From assembly GCA_051294375.1 (NCBI GenBank), contig CM119269.1, positions 15,139,918 to 15,203,917 on the forward strand: a stretch of DNA of 64,000 nt, given 5' to 3'. This document shows positions 1 to 11,952 of this stretch, piece by piece; position 1 is the stretch's first letter; every line of letters starts with the position of its first letter. The notes beneath the pieces were generated by a model. It searched no databases. It had not been told where the DNA came from and worked only from the letters and a program-made list of their open reading frames with translations. Source of the stretch: Paraspadella gotoi. Taxonomy: Eukaryota > Animalia > Chaetognatha. A program made the translations under genes and the position numbers.

Positions 1-708
1 TGCACTATTTGTCTGGAATTTAGTTAATGTGACAAACTTTTTTATTTTATATTCGAGCTTTCAAAAATGCCTTTGCCAAAGGCTTTGGCAACTGAAAAGT
101 TCCGACTTTATAATCCACCTTTGGAAGAAGTTGGGGAAGTCTTTGCCTCCGGATGCGTATAACTTTCATGACGTAGAGGTCCGCGTAGTCACTTGTCCTG
201 ACCTCTCGACTCCCCTTTCGGTTTGGCCGCGCCGGGTCTCTGTGGTGACGCCGCCTCGCGACGTCGGTGGTGTCGGCAATTTGATACCGGACGCCGAGAC
301 CAGCGAAAACTTTCTCCTTCGAAAAAATCGCGTCAGCTGCGGAACTTAGCAATGGCGGCGCTGATCGGACCCGGTGCGCGGAGATTCTCGTTTTGTAGGT
401 CTGTACTTTCAACTAGCAACTATAACCTGTTTGTTTACATCTACGACTTGAATACAACATAAAGGTACGAATGTTGAGATGATGGCCAATCTTCAGGATC
501 CTTGGTCCAAACCACGTCGTGAATCGATCTCGTTTCTCCAAAGTCGGCGGAAACGATGAATGCGCGCTGGACGTATACCAGACGATGAACTTTGCTCTAA
601 TGGCGAATCTGTTTCTGTCTAGAGGTGAATGGATTTTTTTTTTCTTACTTATATTAATTACTGTAAACATTTTCTTTCTATTACCGATCGCAGGCGAAAT
701 CGGCCTCC
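1..708 (+). pseudogene. Indel-riddled partial copy of the C11orf54-like gene (copy of about 8128-8838); probable assembly artefact or pseudogene
   Basis: Near-identical to 8128-8838 including introns, but with many 1-nt indels that break the frame; lies close to an N gap. Confidence 0.75.
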
Positions 709-1336
709 TTTTACATTCGCCGACTGGGGTGAGGGGATTAAGGGTTGCCTCACAAGGTAAAATAATAATAGTAAAATAATAAGTGGTCGTCAGGACTTTA
801 TAAAAGGTAAAAACTAAGAGTTCTGTAATATAAATATCGTTAGAGCATCCCTGTGGGATAATGAAATTTTTTTAAAAATTAAGATTTTATGTATAGTTAA
901 TAACATNNNNNNNNNNNNNNNNNNNNNNNNNNNNNNNNNNNNNNNNNNNNNNNNNNNNNNNNNNNNNNNNNNNNNNNNNNNNNNNNNNNNNNNNNNNNNN
1001 NNNNNNNNNNNNNNNNNNNNNNNNNNNNNNNNNNNNNNNNNNNNNNNNNNNNNNNNNNNNNNNNNNNNNNNNNNNNNNNNNNNNNNNNNNNNNNNNNNNN
1101 NNNNNNNNNNNNNNNNNNNNNNNNNNNNNNNNNNNNNNNNNNNNNNNNNNNNNNNNNNNNNNNNNNNNNNNNNNNNNNNNNNNNNNNNNNNATATTGAAA
1201 AACGCATTATAATTTGTAAATAACTTTTCATAGGTTATTTGAATCCGTTCTTAAAAAATAAATTTAAAAAAAAAAATTTTCATTGCTAATGCTTCAATGC
1301 GTATTAAGGCGTAGTAAAATTTCTAAATTTAACTTT
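709..1336 (+). repeat. Duplicate of 3217-3770 interrupted by an N gap
   Basis: 709-906 matches 3217-3414 and 1191-1336 matches 3627-3770. Confidence 0.8.
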
Positions 1337-2073
1337 NNNNNNNNNNNNNNNNNNNNNNNNNTCGGGACCATAAACGCCTAATTAAGGGTTTAAAAACGTT
1401 TTAACCTCAGAACTAGACAGCTTACCATTAAGTCTTGAGAAGTTCATAATTTGGAAGTCTGTACTGTAGCTAAAAATGATTGTACTGTATCTGTAAGATC
1501 TATTCAATTTTTTACATTCTTCTTCCTGCCTTTTGATTATGTATAAAACTTATCCTTTGTGCCTTCTTTATAAGTATAAAGTTTTTGAGCTAAGTCGGGA
1601 TTTACGTTTGTTCATTATCTTGGAAGTATATTTTATTTATGACATGATCTGATCCTATCGTTGGCAGAAATGTCAATTGAATAATGTTTCTCTTTCAAAC
1701 TGGCTTTGGTGTTTTTAAATTCAAATCATAATATATCAAGTCATTTCATTATTCAAATTCAGGTTGGAAGCAAAGATTAGTACCATTCCTTATATTTTTT
1801 TTGAACCTTTATAGAAAGATTTAAGATATTTAAATCAAATTGTTTTCCTGATTCCAGAGGTAGCTAAAAGTTAGGCAGGAAAATATTTGATTCTCTATTC
1901 TCTATTCCATGTTTTTAAAAAACTGAAAACTACAGAAAACCTTTTTCTTATAACAGTGAATTTCAGTAAACTTGCTTGTATAATAATAATCTTTATGATC
2001 GCACAACTCAAATTTTATTTGCATAAATAATTTTTAAACCATCTGAGAGCTCAAAAATTTTAAATTTTAATTA

Positions 2074-2948
2074 CAGATCTGGTAAAAAAAAGTTTAAACT
2101 TTGAACCCCAACTATTTTTGCTTGGCTGTCGTCCTATTAATTAAAACATGGGTTTATTTGAAAACTAAGAAAAAGATCTTTCATTCGAGCCCATGATGAG
2201 GTTTTTATGTTAAATATTATAGAAGCTGTGATAAAATTAAAAAAGGATCAAATTTTGTCATAATTTTTTTTTTATGCTTTTATTATTGAAACTTCAAACA
2301 GTTAAACTCAAAAAAAAAAAGCTGCAATTGTTGAGCTTTGGAAAGTGGGTTTTTCAAGATATAGGATCGCCAAACGGTTACATTTCTCTCTTACAGCCGT
2401 CTGTAGAGTTATCAAATTTGAAGCAACTGGAGTCCTTAGAGCGGTTGGAAGCAGGCGGCCTTTCATGTCCATGGAGAGTAAGGACTATGAGCTGGAAAGT
2501 CTCGCAATTTTGCAAACCAGTTGAGAAAAAAATGGAAAGAAGAATTGTTACATGTTCATTGTTCAACAGTGAAGAAGCGGCATTTTATATAGAGGATGGA
2601 GCTCCTAGATAAGAAGCCAAAGCTACCCAAAAATGTTATGAGGAAAACTGGATCGAGGTGCTCAAACCGACTGCAACATCATCAAAAATGTTTGGACAAG
2701 GATAAAAAAAAGCTATTTTACAGTATAATGCTACGAAGAGTTTACAAAATAAAACAAATTGTAAAATGTATTTGGCGGGAGCTGAACCCTTCAATTTGCA
2801 CAGCCTGTACGACTCTCTCGCTCGTCACATGGTAGCGGTACTGGAAACATGGTGGTACGACAATGTATTAATTAACTGAGTCCTAAAAAATATTTTCTTT
2901 CAAATAATAAAATAAAATAACTATTAAACTTTTTTTTGACCAGATCGG
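2074..2948 (+). mobile_element. Degenerate, internally deleted Tc1/mariner DNA transposon
   Basis: Terminal inverted repeats CAGATCTGGTAAAAAAAAGTTTAA / TTAAACTTTTTTTTGACCAGATCGG flanked by TA on both sides. Frameshifted 3' remnant reads IWRELNP..LYDSLARHMVAVL..GGTTMY*, resembling the Tc1 transposase C-terminus. Confidence 0.75.
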
Positions 2949-3858
2949 TATTTAGTTAAAATAAAATTATTACTTCACTGGCGCACGATATTTTCTGCGT
3001 TTCTTTAGACTTTACAAAATCAAAGAAATCTGTTTCTCAGGATCAAACGTTCTTCCACGTTAAGACAGATGTCACCTGGTAAATCTTTCGACGACAAAAG
3101 ATTGTTTACTTCGCTGAACAGTCATGATTGACGTGGAAAAGCTAATAAAAAACTGATATCCTTCATTTGATAAATTTAATAAATGATTGTTCATTATGTT
3201 AATATAATAGGCACTATTTTACATTCGCCGACTGGGGTGAGGGGATTAAGGGTTGCCTCACAAGGTAAAATAATAATAGTAAAATAATAAGTGGTCGTCA
3301 GGACTTTATAAAAGGTAAAAACTAAGAGTTCTGTAATATAAATATCGTTAGAGCATCCCTGTGGGATAATGAAATTTTTTTAAAAATTAAGATTTTATGT
3401 ATAGTTAATAACATAGAATCATTTAAAATTGATTGTATTACTATAAATTATGAAAAAATAATTTTTCAAATTCAGAATTTTTAAAAACGGATTCTGGAAG
3501 AGCATAAAAAATAAATAAAAAATATTATAAGATTTTAAAATTTTTGTTTTATTTGTTAAAATTAATAAAAAATTATAGTATGATGATTTTAAAGGTTTTC
3601 CCTTATTTAACTCACTTATCATCGAAATATTGAAAAACGCATTATAATTTGTAAATAACTTTTCATAGGTTATTTGAATCCGTTCTTAAAAAATAAATTT
3701 AAAAAAAAAAATTTCATTGCTAATGCTTCAATGCGTATTAAGGCGTAGTAAAATTTCTAAATTTAACTTTAATTGAAATTCTAAAAGTGAGGAACTGTAG
3801 TCGGGCATTGCCTAGGTTCACCCCGCCGAGAAACATGACGCTTTCAGTTGTGACCCGG

Positions 3859-3913
3859 TGGCTCATTGAGGAAAGCCATCAGCTCATTAACACTAGGTAC
3901 CGGGTTCAATCCC
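3859..3913 (+). promoter_or_regulatory. tRNA-like Pol III internal promoter (A and B boxes) in LTR A; repeated 406 nt downstream in the 3' LTR
   Basis: A box TGGCTCATTGAGG and B box GGTTCAATCCC at tRNA-like spacing. Confidence 0.7.
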
Positions 3914-3930
3914 AACACGGTACCTACTCT

Positions 3931-4010
3931 GCGGGAAGCGTGAGGACGGCCGTAAGCCGCCTTGGGGGCATGGCAAACCCTCAAGCCTGGTTCCAAGCCC
4001 AGGGACCCGT
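3931..4010 (+). ncRNA. Twister ribozyme, type-P5 permutation (5' LTR of A)
   Basis: P5 GCGGG/CCCGU; GA-GGA; P1 CGGCCG; UAA (predicted cut 3953/3954); GCC; P3 UUGGGGG/CCCUCAA; P4 CCUGG/CCAGG with loop U-UCC-AAGC; T1 pseudoknot GGA:UCC. Confidence 0.82.
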
Positions 4011-4336
4011 TCCATGGCTGCTAGAGGGGTTATAGAAGTTACGGACAGTCATCTTCAGCCCACGTAGTGCTTATCCACACTGGTGAGCCCCATCCTGTCG
4101 AGCGTATTCCAACCTTCTGATTCCAGGCCCTTGGTCTAGCTGAAGATTGCTCCCCTCCCTACACTGGAAGCAGTGCAGGGTGGGTTACAATCTGGGGGGC
4201 ATGTAGTCGGGCATTGCCTAGGTTCACCCCGCCGAGAAACATGACGCTTTCAGTTGTGACCCGGTGGCTCATTGAGGAAAGCCATCAGCTCATGACCACT
4301 AGGTACCGGGTTCAATCCCAACACGGTACCTACTCT

Positions 4337-4416
4337 GCGGGAAGCGTGAGGACGGCCGTAAGCCGCCTTGGGGGCATGGCAAACCCTCAAGCCTGGTTCC
4401 AAGCCCAGGGACCCGT
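4337..4416 (+). ncRNA. Twister ribozyme, type-P5 (3' LTR of A)
   Basis: Identical to 3931-4010; predicted cut 4359/4360, 406 nt after the first. Confidence 0.82.
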
Positions 4417-5346
4417 TCCATGGCTGCTAGAAGGGGTTATAAAAGTTACGGACAGTCATCTTCAGCCCACGTAGTGCCTTATCCACAGAACGAACAACAT
4501 TATATTAATGAACATTTATATAATAAAAAAATTTATAATAAATTTTACAATTTACACAGTAGGCCATATTTATACTAGTATTAAACCAATAAATGTTAAA
4601 ATTTCAAAACAGTTTTTTCTAAGATTTTTTTGCAGATTTGGATTCGTCATAAAAAGTTGATAAAAAGAAATATAATTCTTTTGAAAAATTCCTTCATTAA
4701 GTAGGTCAAAAATTAGAAAAAGCTATATTTTAAGCTGAAAATTAACTTTCAATATATATTAAATATAGTTTTTTTTAATTTTTAACCCACTTAATGAAAG
4801 AATTTTTAAAAAATGAATTATATTTTCTTACATCAACTTTTGATGAGGAATTCAAATCTGCAATCAAAATTAAGAAAAGCCTATTTTGAAATTTTTCAAT
4901 TTATAAGGATAGTACTATATATAAATATAGCTTATTGCGAAAATTAAAAAACATAAAAGTAATTTTTTTTACAAATTAATGTTCACTGATGGTATGTTGT
5001 TCATAATTGACTTTTAAAATTTTCGTAGGCAACTTTCACTACGCCTTAATGCGTATGCTTCAATGTTATACTGTGCTTCACTAGTTAACAAAATGATAGT
5101 AAACATTAATTAATTATATGATGGACAAATGAATTTTATTTTACAAAACTCCTAATGAAAAAAGTGATCAATTTTGGCCCGCCTTATTGCTTAAGGTCAA
5201 ATGTAATTAAGGTTAAGGGGGTTTACGTTGTATACAAAGTAGCGACAATCCTAATCGGCGAAATTAAAATTTTAGGTTAATCTAATGTGGATATTTCGCG
5301 ATTAATATTTACACCGCATTTTCTTGATAATTATTTGGTGTTGAGG

Positions 5347-8118
5347 ATGTCACGACTTTTCCTCGGCTTCGACGTGGGGACGCAGACCCTTAAATGTTCG
5401 GCCATCGAGGGCGAAACTGACCTCATCGTCGAACGATTCGCCGTCAATTACGACGACGATCTCCCAGAGTTTCGAACAAAAGGTGTCTCGTAGTGAATCG
5501 GCTTAAATACTAATATATGATATGTAGAAGTATTCTTAATGTGGGTTTCATGTGATACTGAGATCTTTCAAGGTGGCGTCCACTGCGTCAACGCGCCTTG
5601 GGGAGTCGAGGCGACGACGCCAACGCTGTTATGGGTGAAGTCGTTCGACTCGATTCTCGCACAAATGCGCGAGCGTAACTTCCGATTCGGCGACGTCGTA
5701 GGCGTCTCTTTTTCTGGCCAACAGCACGGAAGCGTCTATTGGCGCCAGAATGTCGACTACTTGCTGGGCGCAATGAATCCCCAACGAACGCTTTTTGAAG
5801 AGTTGACGGAAGCTTTCAGGTTTGGCGAGACTTATGCTCGTAGCTTCGAGCTCAACCAAGTAATGAGGACCAAAATGCCTATAGCGTGTCCGATTCTCCC
5901 ATTTGGATGGATTCCTCAACGGGCGCCGAGTGTCGCGAGATTGAAGACGCCGTTTTTAAGGCCACTGGCCGGCATTTGGTCGCAGTCAGCGGTTCGCGGT
6001 TATTCGAACGATTTACGGCGGCGCAACTGCGAAAAAAGTTTAAGAAAAACCCGAGAGCGATGGAGGCCACCGAAGCGGTGAGCCTCGTCAGCAGCTTCGC
6101 TGCGTCGCTGTTCGGCGGCGGCGTGGTCGCTATCGACGCCGCCGACGCTGCCGGCACCAACCTTGTCGATATGAGGACGTCGATATGGAGCGACGCCTGC
6201 TTAAAGGCGTGCGCTCCGGACGAGGCGGCTTCGGAGAGATTAAGAAAAATGTTGAAACCAATCGTGGCCTCAGATTCGATCGTCGGCACTGTCTCGAATT
6301 ATTTCGTCAAAAGGTTTGGCTTCAACCCACAGTGTCTCGTAGTGGCGGCCACCGGGGATAACCCTTCTTCGCTGGCGGGTATGCGGACACGGCCGGGCGA
6401 TCTTGTCGTCTCCATGGGAACCAGCGACACCGTCTTCGCCTGGCTGGACGAGCTGCCTTTCGACCCACCGCCTTTTGCCTTTGTCCTCGCCAATCCCCTT
6501 TCGAGGTGACAGAGATAACTTAACAATTTTTATTGTCATAGAATCTTCCAACCTATCTCAATGAAATTCAAGGGGCGCCTTCATGGGCATGTCCGTCTAC
6601 AAGAACGGATCGCTGACGAGGGAGTCGGTGAGAGATTCTGTGTCGCCCTCTGCATCGCCATCTTGGGCCGAGTTCGATCGCCTCCTCGCTGAGTCGAAAC
6701 CCGGAAACGAAGGAAACCTCGCCTTCTTTTTCACCCAAAGGGAAATCTGGCCCGAAGCTGAAGGGATATTTCGTTTCGACGCAAAGGGTAGGACTCGTGT
6801 TACGTTGCATTTCTAATCTTCTACATTTTAGTCGGATCTGCTTATAAGCAGATTCCGACTCTATAATTCACTTTGTCGGTAAATAATTATTATCATATCA
6901 GAACCTCGAATTATGATAAAATATACAAAAAAAATTATGTCCATCCGTCCGTTCCACCTTAGCATTAAACTCAAATTACTTGTGATTGGATGGATAGATT
7001 GGAATAAAATTTTGTGTGTGGGTAGGAAATTGTGTGATTGAGCTAGATTTAAATGGAAAAAAACAAGTCACATTTTCTTTTTTTTTAGTTTTTTTACTTA
7101 TATATACTCATAATTTATTAAAAATTAAAATGAAATTTTGTGTGTGGGTAGGAAATTATGGAATCAAGCTGGATATAAATTTTTGATGGAATCGTAGGAG
7201 TGGAAAAGAGTTTAAATTAGAAAACCAAAAGACACATTGATTTGAATATTTAAAAGTTTCTTTCTCTCTATTTCTCTCCGACTGATTGATTGATTGATTG
7301 TTAATTTTGTTAACTGATTGATTGATGAATTTTAAAATTAATTTAGAAATCTGTTATGATTTATTATGTTATGATCTAGTTATGAATAGTTATGTTTCTC
7401 TCTCTCTTTATTTATTTATAATTTTTTTTGTCACATTCATCGGACATCCAATCTGATTACCTGATTATCTGTAATTGCTTACCGCTAAATTATCGTAGGC
7501 AGATCCGACATTGTTTGCTCAAACCTATCTTGCGTTTTAAATATTTTAGACGAATCGGTTCTGCGATATCACGACCAGCGACACGAGGTTCGCGCGTTGA
7601 TCGAAGGTGATAACTGCTCAAGTCATCCTCCGAAATTGAGAAGTTATTAGTAAAATCATTTAATTCAGGACAACTAATCGCGAAACGAATTCACGCAGAA
7701 GAAATGGGATTCTCGTTTCGCAGAGGTAGAAAGATTCGCGTCCTCGCCACCGGCGGCGCCTCGGCGAATCCGGGCATCCTCCGTGTAAGTAAATACGAAG
7801 GTTTCTTGTTTCCAGTCTTCAAAACCATTGAAAATCATGACCGCCACTTTTTCGCAGATTCTGTCTGACGTCATGCAAGCGCCGGTTTTCGTCCTCGACG
7901 TTCCTGACTCGGCGTCTCTCGGCGCCGCCCTTCGCGCCAAACACGCGGTCGTGCAAGCGGCGGCGGGCGGCGTTGTCAACTTTCACGATGCCGTCGCCGA
8001 GACGGAATTTCGTTTGGCTGCGTCTCCTGATGCCGGCGCCGAGGCTGTCTATGCGCCGTTGCTGGAACGATATAGAAAACTTGAAAAAAAGATCGTTGAA
8101 AAGAAAGTAAAAACATGA
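5347..8118 (+). CDS. XYLB: Xylulose kinase (FGGY family), about 7 exons
   Basis: Exon peptides LFLGFDVGTQTLKC, SFSGQQHGSVYW, SPIWMDSST, TGDNPSSLAG, VSMGTSDT, KNGSLTRE, LATGGASAN, SASLGAALRAKH joined by GT-AG introns; stop at 8116-8118. Confidence 0.93.
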
Positions 8119-8193
8119 TTTCGCTATTGCACTATTTGTCTGGAATTTAGTTAATGTGACAAACTTTTTTATTTTATATTCGAGCTTTCAAAA

Positions 8194-9404
8194 ATGCCTT
8201 TGCCAAAGGCTTTGGCAACTGAAAAGTTCCGACTTTATAATCCACCTTTGGAAGAAGTTGGGGAAGTCTTTGCCTCCGGACTGCGTGATAACTTTCATGA
8301 CGTAGAGGTCCGCGTAGTCACTTGTCCTGACCTCTCGACTCCCCCTTTCGGTTTGGCCGCGCCGGGTCTCTGTGGTGACGCCCGCCTCGCCGACGTCGGT
8401 GGTGTCGGCAATTTGATACCGACGCCGAGACCAGCGAAAACTTTCTCCTTCGAAGAAATCGCGTCAGCTGCGGAACTTAGCAATGGGGCGGCGCTGATCG
8501 GACCCGGTGCCGGAGATTCTCGTTTTGTAGGTCTGTACTTTCAACTAGCAACTATAACCTGTTTGTTTACATCTACGACTTGAATACAACATAAAGGTAC
8601 GAATTGTGAGATGATGGCCAATCTCAGGATCCTTGGTCCAAACCACGTCGTGAATCGATCTCGTTTCTCCAAAGTCGGCGGAAACGATGAATGCGCGCTG
8701 GACGATTACCAGACGATGAACTTTGCTCTAATGGCGAATCTGTTTCTGTCTAGAGGTGAATGGATTTTTTTTTATTCTTAACTTATATTATAATTACTGT
8801 AAACATTTTCTTTCTATTACCGATCGCAGGCGAAATCGGTCCGGTATTGGAAGTAAAATCGGGACGACGGAAAGGCGACCGAGATTTCATCAACTGTCTG
8901 AGAAGTTCTCTCCAAGATAAATACGGAAAGGGTCCAACCAAGAAGATCGTCGCCGCCGGAGGCGTCTTTAACCTTGGTATTACAAAATTCCCGATTTTTG
9001 TTTTTTTTTAAATCTAGCGCTACTCTTTGATCGCATTACAGTTTCCGGCCGAGCCAAGTTTCACGTAATGCCCGACTTTCCGGAGAAGCCTTTCAACGGC
9101 GATGCGGACGTTGACAATTGGCTTCGCTTTTTCAATTTCAGGTTTTGGGGAAAAAGTTTAAATTCATTTTTTATAAGTAGCTGTTTGCAATCCTCATTGT
9201 TCGTTCAGGTCTCCAATGACTGTCGTTAGTGCATTTGTCAGCGAAGATATTCCCGGACAGTCACTCCGCATTGAACACAGTCACGGGTGGAGCGATCACG
9301 GAGAGGGAGGGCACTATCATTACGACGTTACTCCTGACGATGTGGCTTATCACGGCTTTTTCAATGTCGCCGAATATCTTTACAAAATAGAAAAGCCAGC
9401 TTGA
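8194..9404 (+). CDS. C11orf54: Ester hydrolase C11orf54/PTD012 homolog (DUF1907), 5 exons
   Basis: VVTCPDLSTPPFGLAAPGLCG, DVGGVGNL, FALMANLFLS, FHVMPDFP, EHSHGWSDHGEGGHYHYDVTPD. Confidence 0.92.
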
Positions 9405-9637
9405 AATTTAACAGCGGCTCTATTTTAAACCTGAAAACTGATTATTCTTTAGTCGATGGAATTTTTACATATGTGATCATTGACATAATTATGATACTAT
9501 ATTCAATACTCAGCTCTTATCTAATTCATTAATCTGGTTTAATTACGTAATCCTCGATTTTTTAACACTGTTATTGTTACGTTTTCACATAATTTGTTCC
9601 TTTCTTATCAAGTACTCTTCGAAATCGAAGTCTTACC

Positions 9638-10719
9638 ATGATCGACGACGGAACGCCGCCTTTGGCGCCGTCGTCGACGGACTACGATTACCTCATAAAA
9701 TTTCTCACGTTGGGAGACTCGGGTGTCGGAAAAACCTCACTTCTCTATCAATACACGGACGGTCACTTCAAAACTGAATTCATATCGACAGTTGGGATCG
9801 ACTTCAGGGAAAAACGAGTCATTCACAAGGTTGGTCAGAAATTTAATGTTTCCTCTTTGCCATAAACTTTTCAAGTTGTCAACATTCGCGCTGACCTTGA
9901 CTCCAGCCTTCTTGGGACGCCTCGGCGCGTCGAAATCAACGCGTTCATCTTCAACTGTGGGACACGGCGGGTCAGGAACGCTTCCGCTCCCTCACTACCG
10001 CGTTTTACCGAGATGCTATGGGTTTTCTACTCGTTTTCGACGTTACCAACGAACAGTCTTTTCTTAACGTTCGCAACTGGGTGCAGGTGATAAATCGAAG
10101 TTTTGTCAACAATAACTCGCCAACCATTCACGCCCGTTCCATCCCACTCGTTTCTCCGCACAGCAACTCCAGATTCACGCATACTGCGAGGATCCCGACA
10201 TCGTCCTTTGCGGAAACAAGTGCGACTTGAAAGGTCGCGTCGTTTCCGAAGAGGACGCGCGCAACTTGGCCGACAAGCTGGGCTTTCCTTACTTGGAGAC
10301 GAGTGCTTGCACAGGGGTTAACGTGGCCAAAGCGGTGAGAAGGTTGACCGTGACACAGATTTCATGTTTTAGGAAAAAAAGGTTTTGGAAAATTTAGGAC
10401 CGTCTCGTGCTCCTAATCTCATGTAACTTCAGTCTTCTAGTTCTAGCTACCCTTGAGATATTCTTCCCCAAATAGACCCAGTATAGACGCAACAATCTAA
10501 GTTTACGTCCGTATTCTGATAGTCTATTAAGACTACGATCGTAGTCCCTCTCCTACTGCTTGAAAATTGCACGAGCGTCTTCTTTGTCAGGTCGAAGCCT
10601 TGCTGGATTTGGTTATGAAAAGGATGGAGACATTGACCGAAAACTCTTTGCCAGCTCCTGGGCGTAGAATTTCTTCTTCCAGTCGGGACGTCGCCGATAC
10701 GTCAGTGTGCGGTTGTTAA
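9638..10719 (+). CDS. RAB27: Rab27 small GTPase, 4 exons
   Basis: [76 protein letters not shown]-terminal CGC prenylation motif. Confidence 0.93.
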
Positions 10720-11952
10720 CGCAAAAAAAGTTCTTTTCGGAGATAGTATTATAATTATGGGAAAAGATTGACTTTGTTGGTGGTGGTTTGATGCTGATTA
10801 ACTTTATAGTTTATTTCTTCTTGTTTATTTTAATATATGAAAGGAAATTGGAGGAGCAAAAACGTTTTACTCCTTTCCATTTTTAAAAATTGTTCAGCCT
10901 CATGTGTTATTATTATTTTACTTTTAAATTCTAGTCAACCAACTTGTCAGTTCATCTTCGACTTCATTCCAAAGGGGGGTATTTTTCTTTTTTCTAATCT
11001 TTGGTTACTTTGAGTACATAAAGTAGTAAACGATATGGGCTTTTAGATTTACATTTAGTTTGGAAATGAGATTATGATTACAATATGATTATTGCGTCCG
11101 TTTCGATAAAAGCCCAACTTGCTTTTTTAAAAGTTAACGCAATTTTGCCTTATTTTTGAACATTTATTTTTATTTAACAAATCATTCAATTTATCTATCA
11201 AATTTCAATTAAGTCAGCGTTTCACAATTTTTTTTATTTTAACCCAAAAATTCGCAACTGTCTAAGTTAGCATTTTTAGTGAAGCTTGCCTGATATTATA
11301 CAATCTCGATGATATATTGGGAAAACTTTTGTAGCTTTTACTCAATTCTTGTTGAATAAAAGTTTTCTTTTCATATAAAAAACATTTACTTTTAACCAGA
11401 TCACAGGCTCTAGTTTGAATGGAATGCTCATCTACAATATTACGCATTAAAACACTTTGGTAATATTACATTTTTATCCCTAGAAAAATTAAGGGCTGGT
11501 GCCGGCATAATTATAAACAGTATTCTATAGTTAAAATTAAACTACGTAAGATAGTACGATAATATCAACGGTCATCAAAACTAAAGGCGTTTTTCAAAAA
11601 CAACACGCTTTAAAATTATTAACAAACTGACTTTTTATTTTTCTCCTGACATCCTTTCCAATCTTCCCGATCCTCGAAACAAAGAAATTCAACAAAACAT
11701 TTAAGACTTGAACGCAAACATTTTAAATTTGAGAGTAGTCTTTAACATCTGCTTCATCGGTATATGTTATAACCTCGAGTAAGCCAGAAGCGGCGCTATA
11801 TTTTATACATTCTGTCAAAAAAAACAAAAACACATTAATATTGGAATTAGACGAAACGATTTCATTAAAAAGCGGAAAATAGAGTTCGTTCCTTGAGGGA
11901 ACGCGTTAATGAGATTCGCGGCCAAAAGCCAAGGATCCTCTTCTCCGCTCAT

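Larger units (their letters stand above)
3796..4487 (+). mobile_element. Non-coding miniature LTR retroelement (TRIM/retrozyme-like), type A
   Basis: LTRs 3796-4079 and 4202-4487 (TG...CA), TSD GAAC (3792-3795, 4488-4491), PBS TGGTGAGCCC at 4081, G-rich PPT just before the 3' LTR, 122-bp internal region. An empty site GAGGAACGAACAAC is present in the related foldback copy at about 43982. Confidence 0.92.
3733..5054. mobile_element. AT-rich foldback/MITE element with 10-bp TSD, carrying a nested LTR element
   Basis: Termini GCGTATTAAGGCGTAGT / ACTACGCCTTAATGCGT, long imperfect internal inverted symmetry, ATGCTTCAAT on both flanks (3723-3732, 5055-5064); related copy at 43938-44731. Confidence 0.7.

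Noticed and set aside
3850-3925. Possible functional tRNA genes in the LTRs
   Set aside because: A and B boxes are present, but acceptor and anticodon stems are degenerate; treated as tRNA-derived promoters.
4030-4056. AGAA..GAC-A-GUC resembling hairpin-ribozyme loop A, plus GAGAAACA at about 3828 resembling loop B
   Set aside because: The loop-B partner strand (GUAUAUUAC) is absent, and the 3' LTR copy has AAAA instead of AGAA.
3787-4474. Duplicated 82-86 aa ORFs in the LTRs, and short ORFs in elements B, C and D
   Set aside because: No recognisable domains, mostly non-ATG starts, and not shared across A-D; the weak C/D minus-strand peptide similarity follows from conserved RNA structure.
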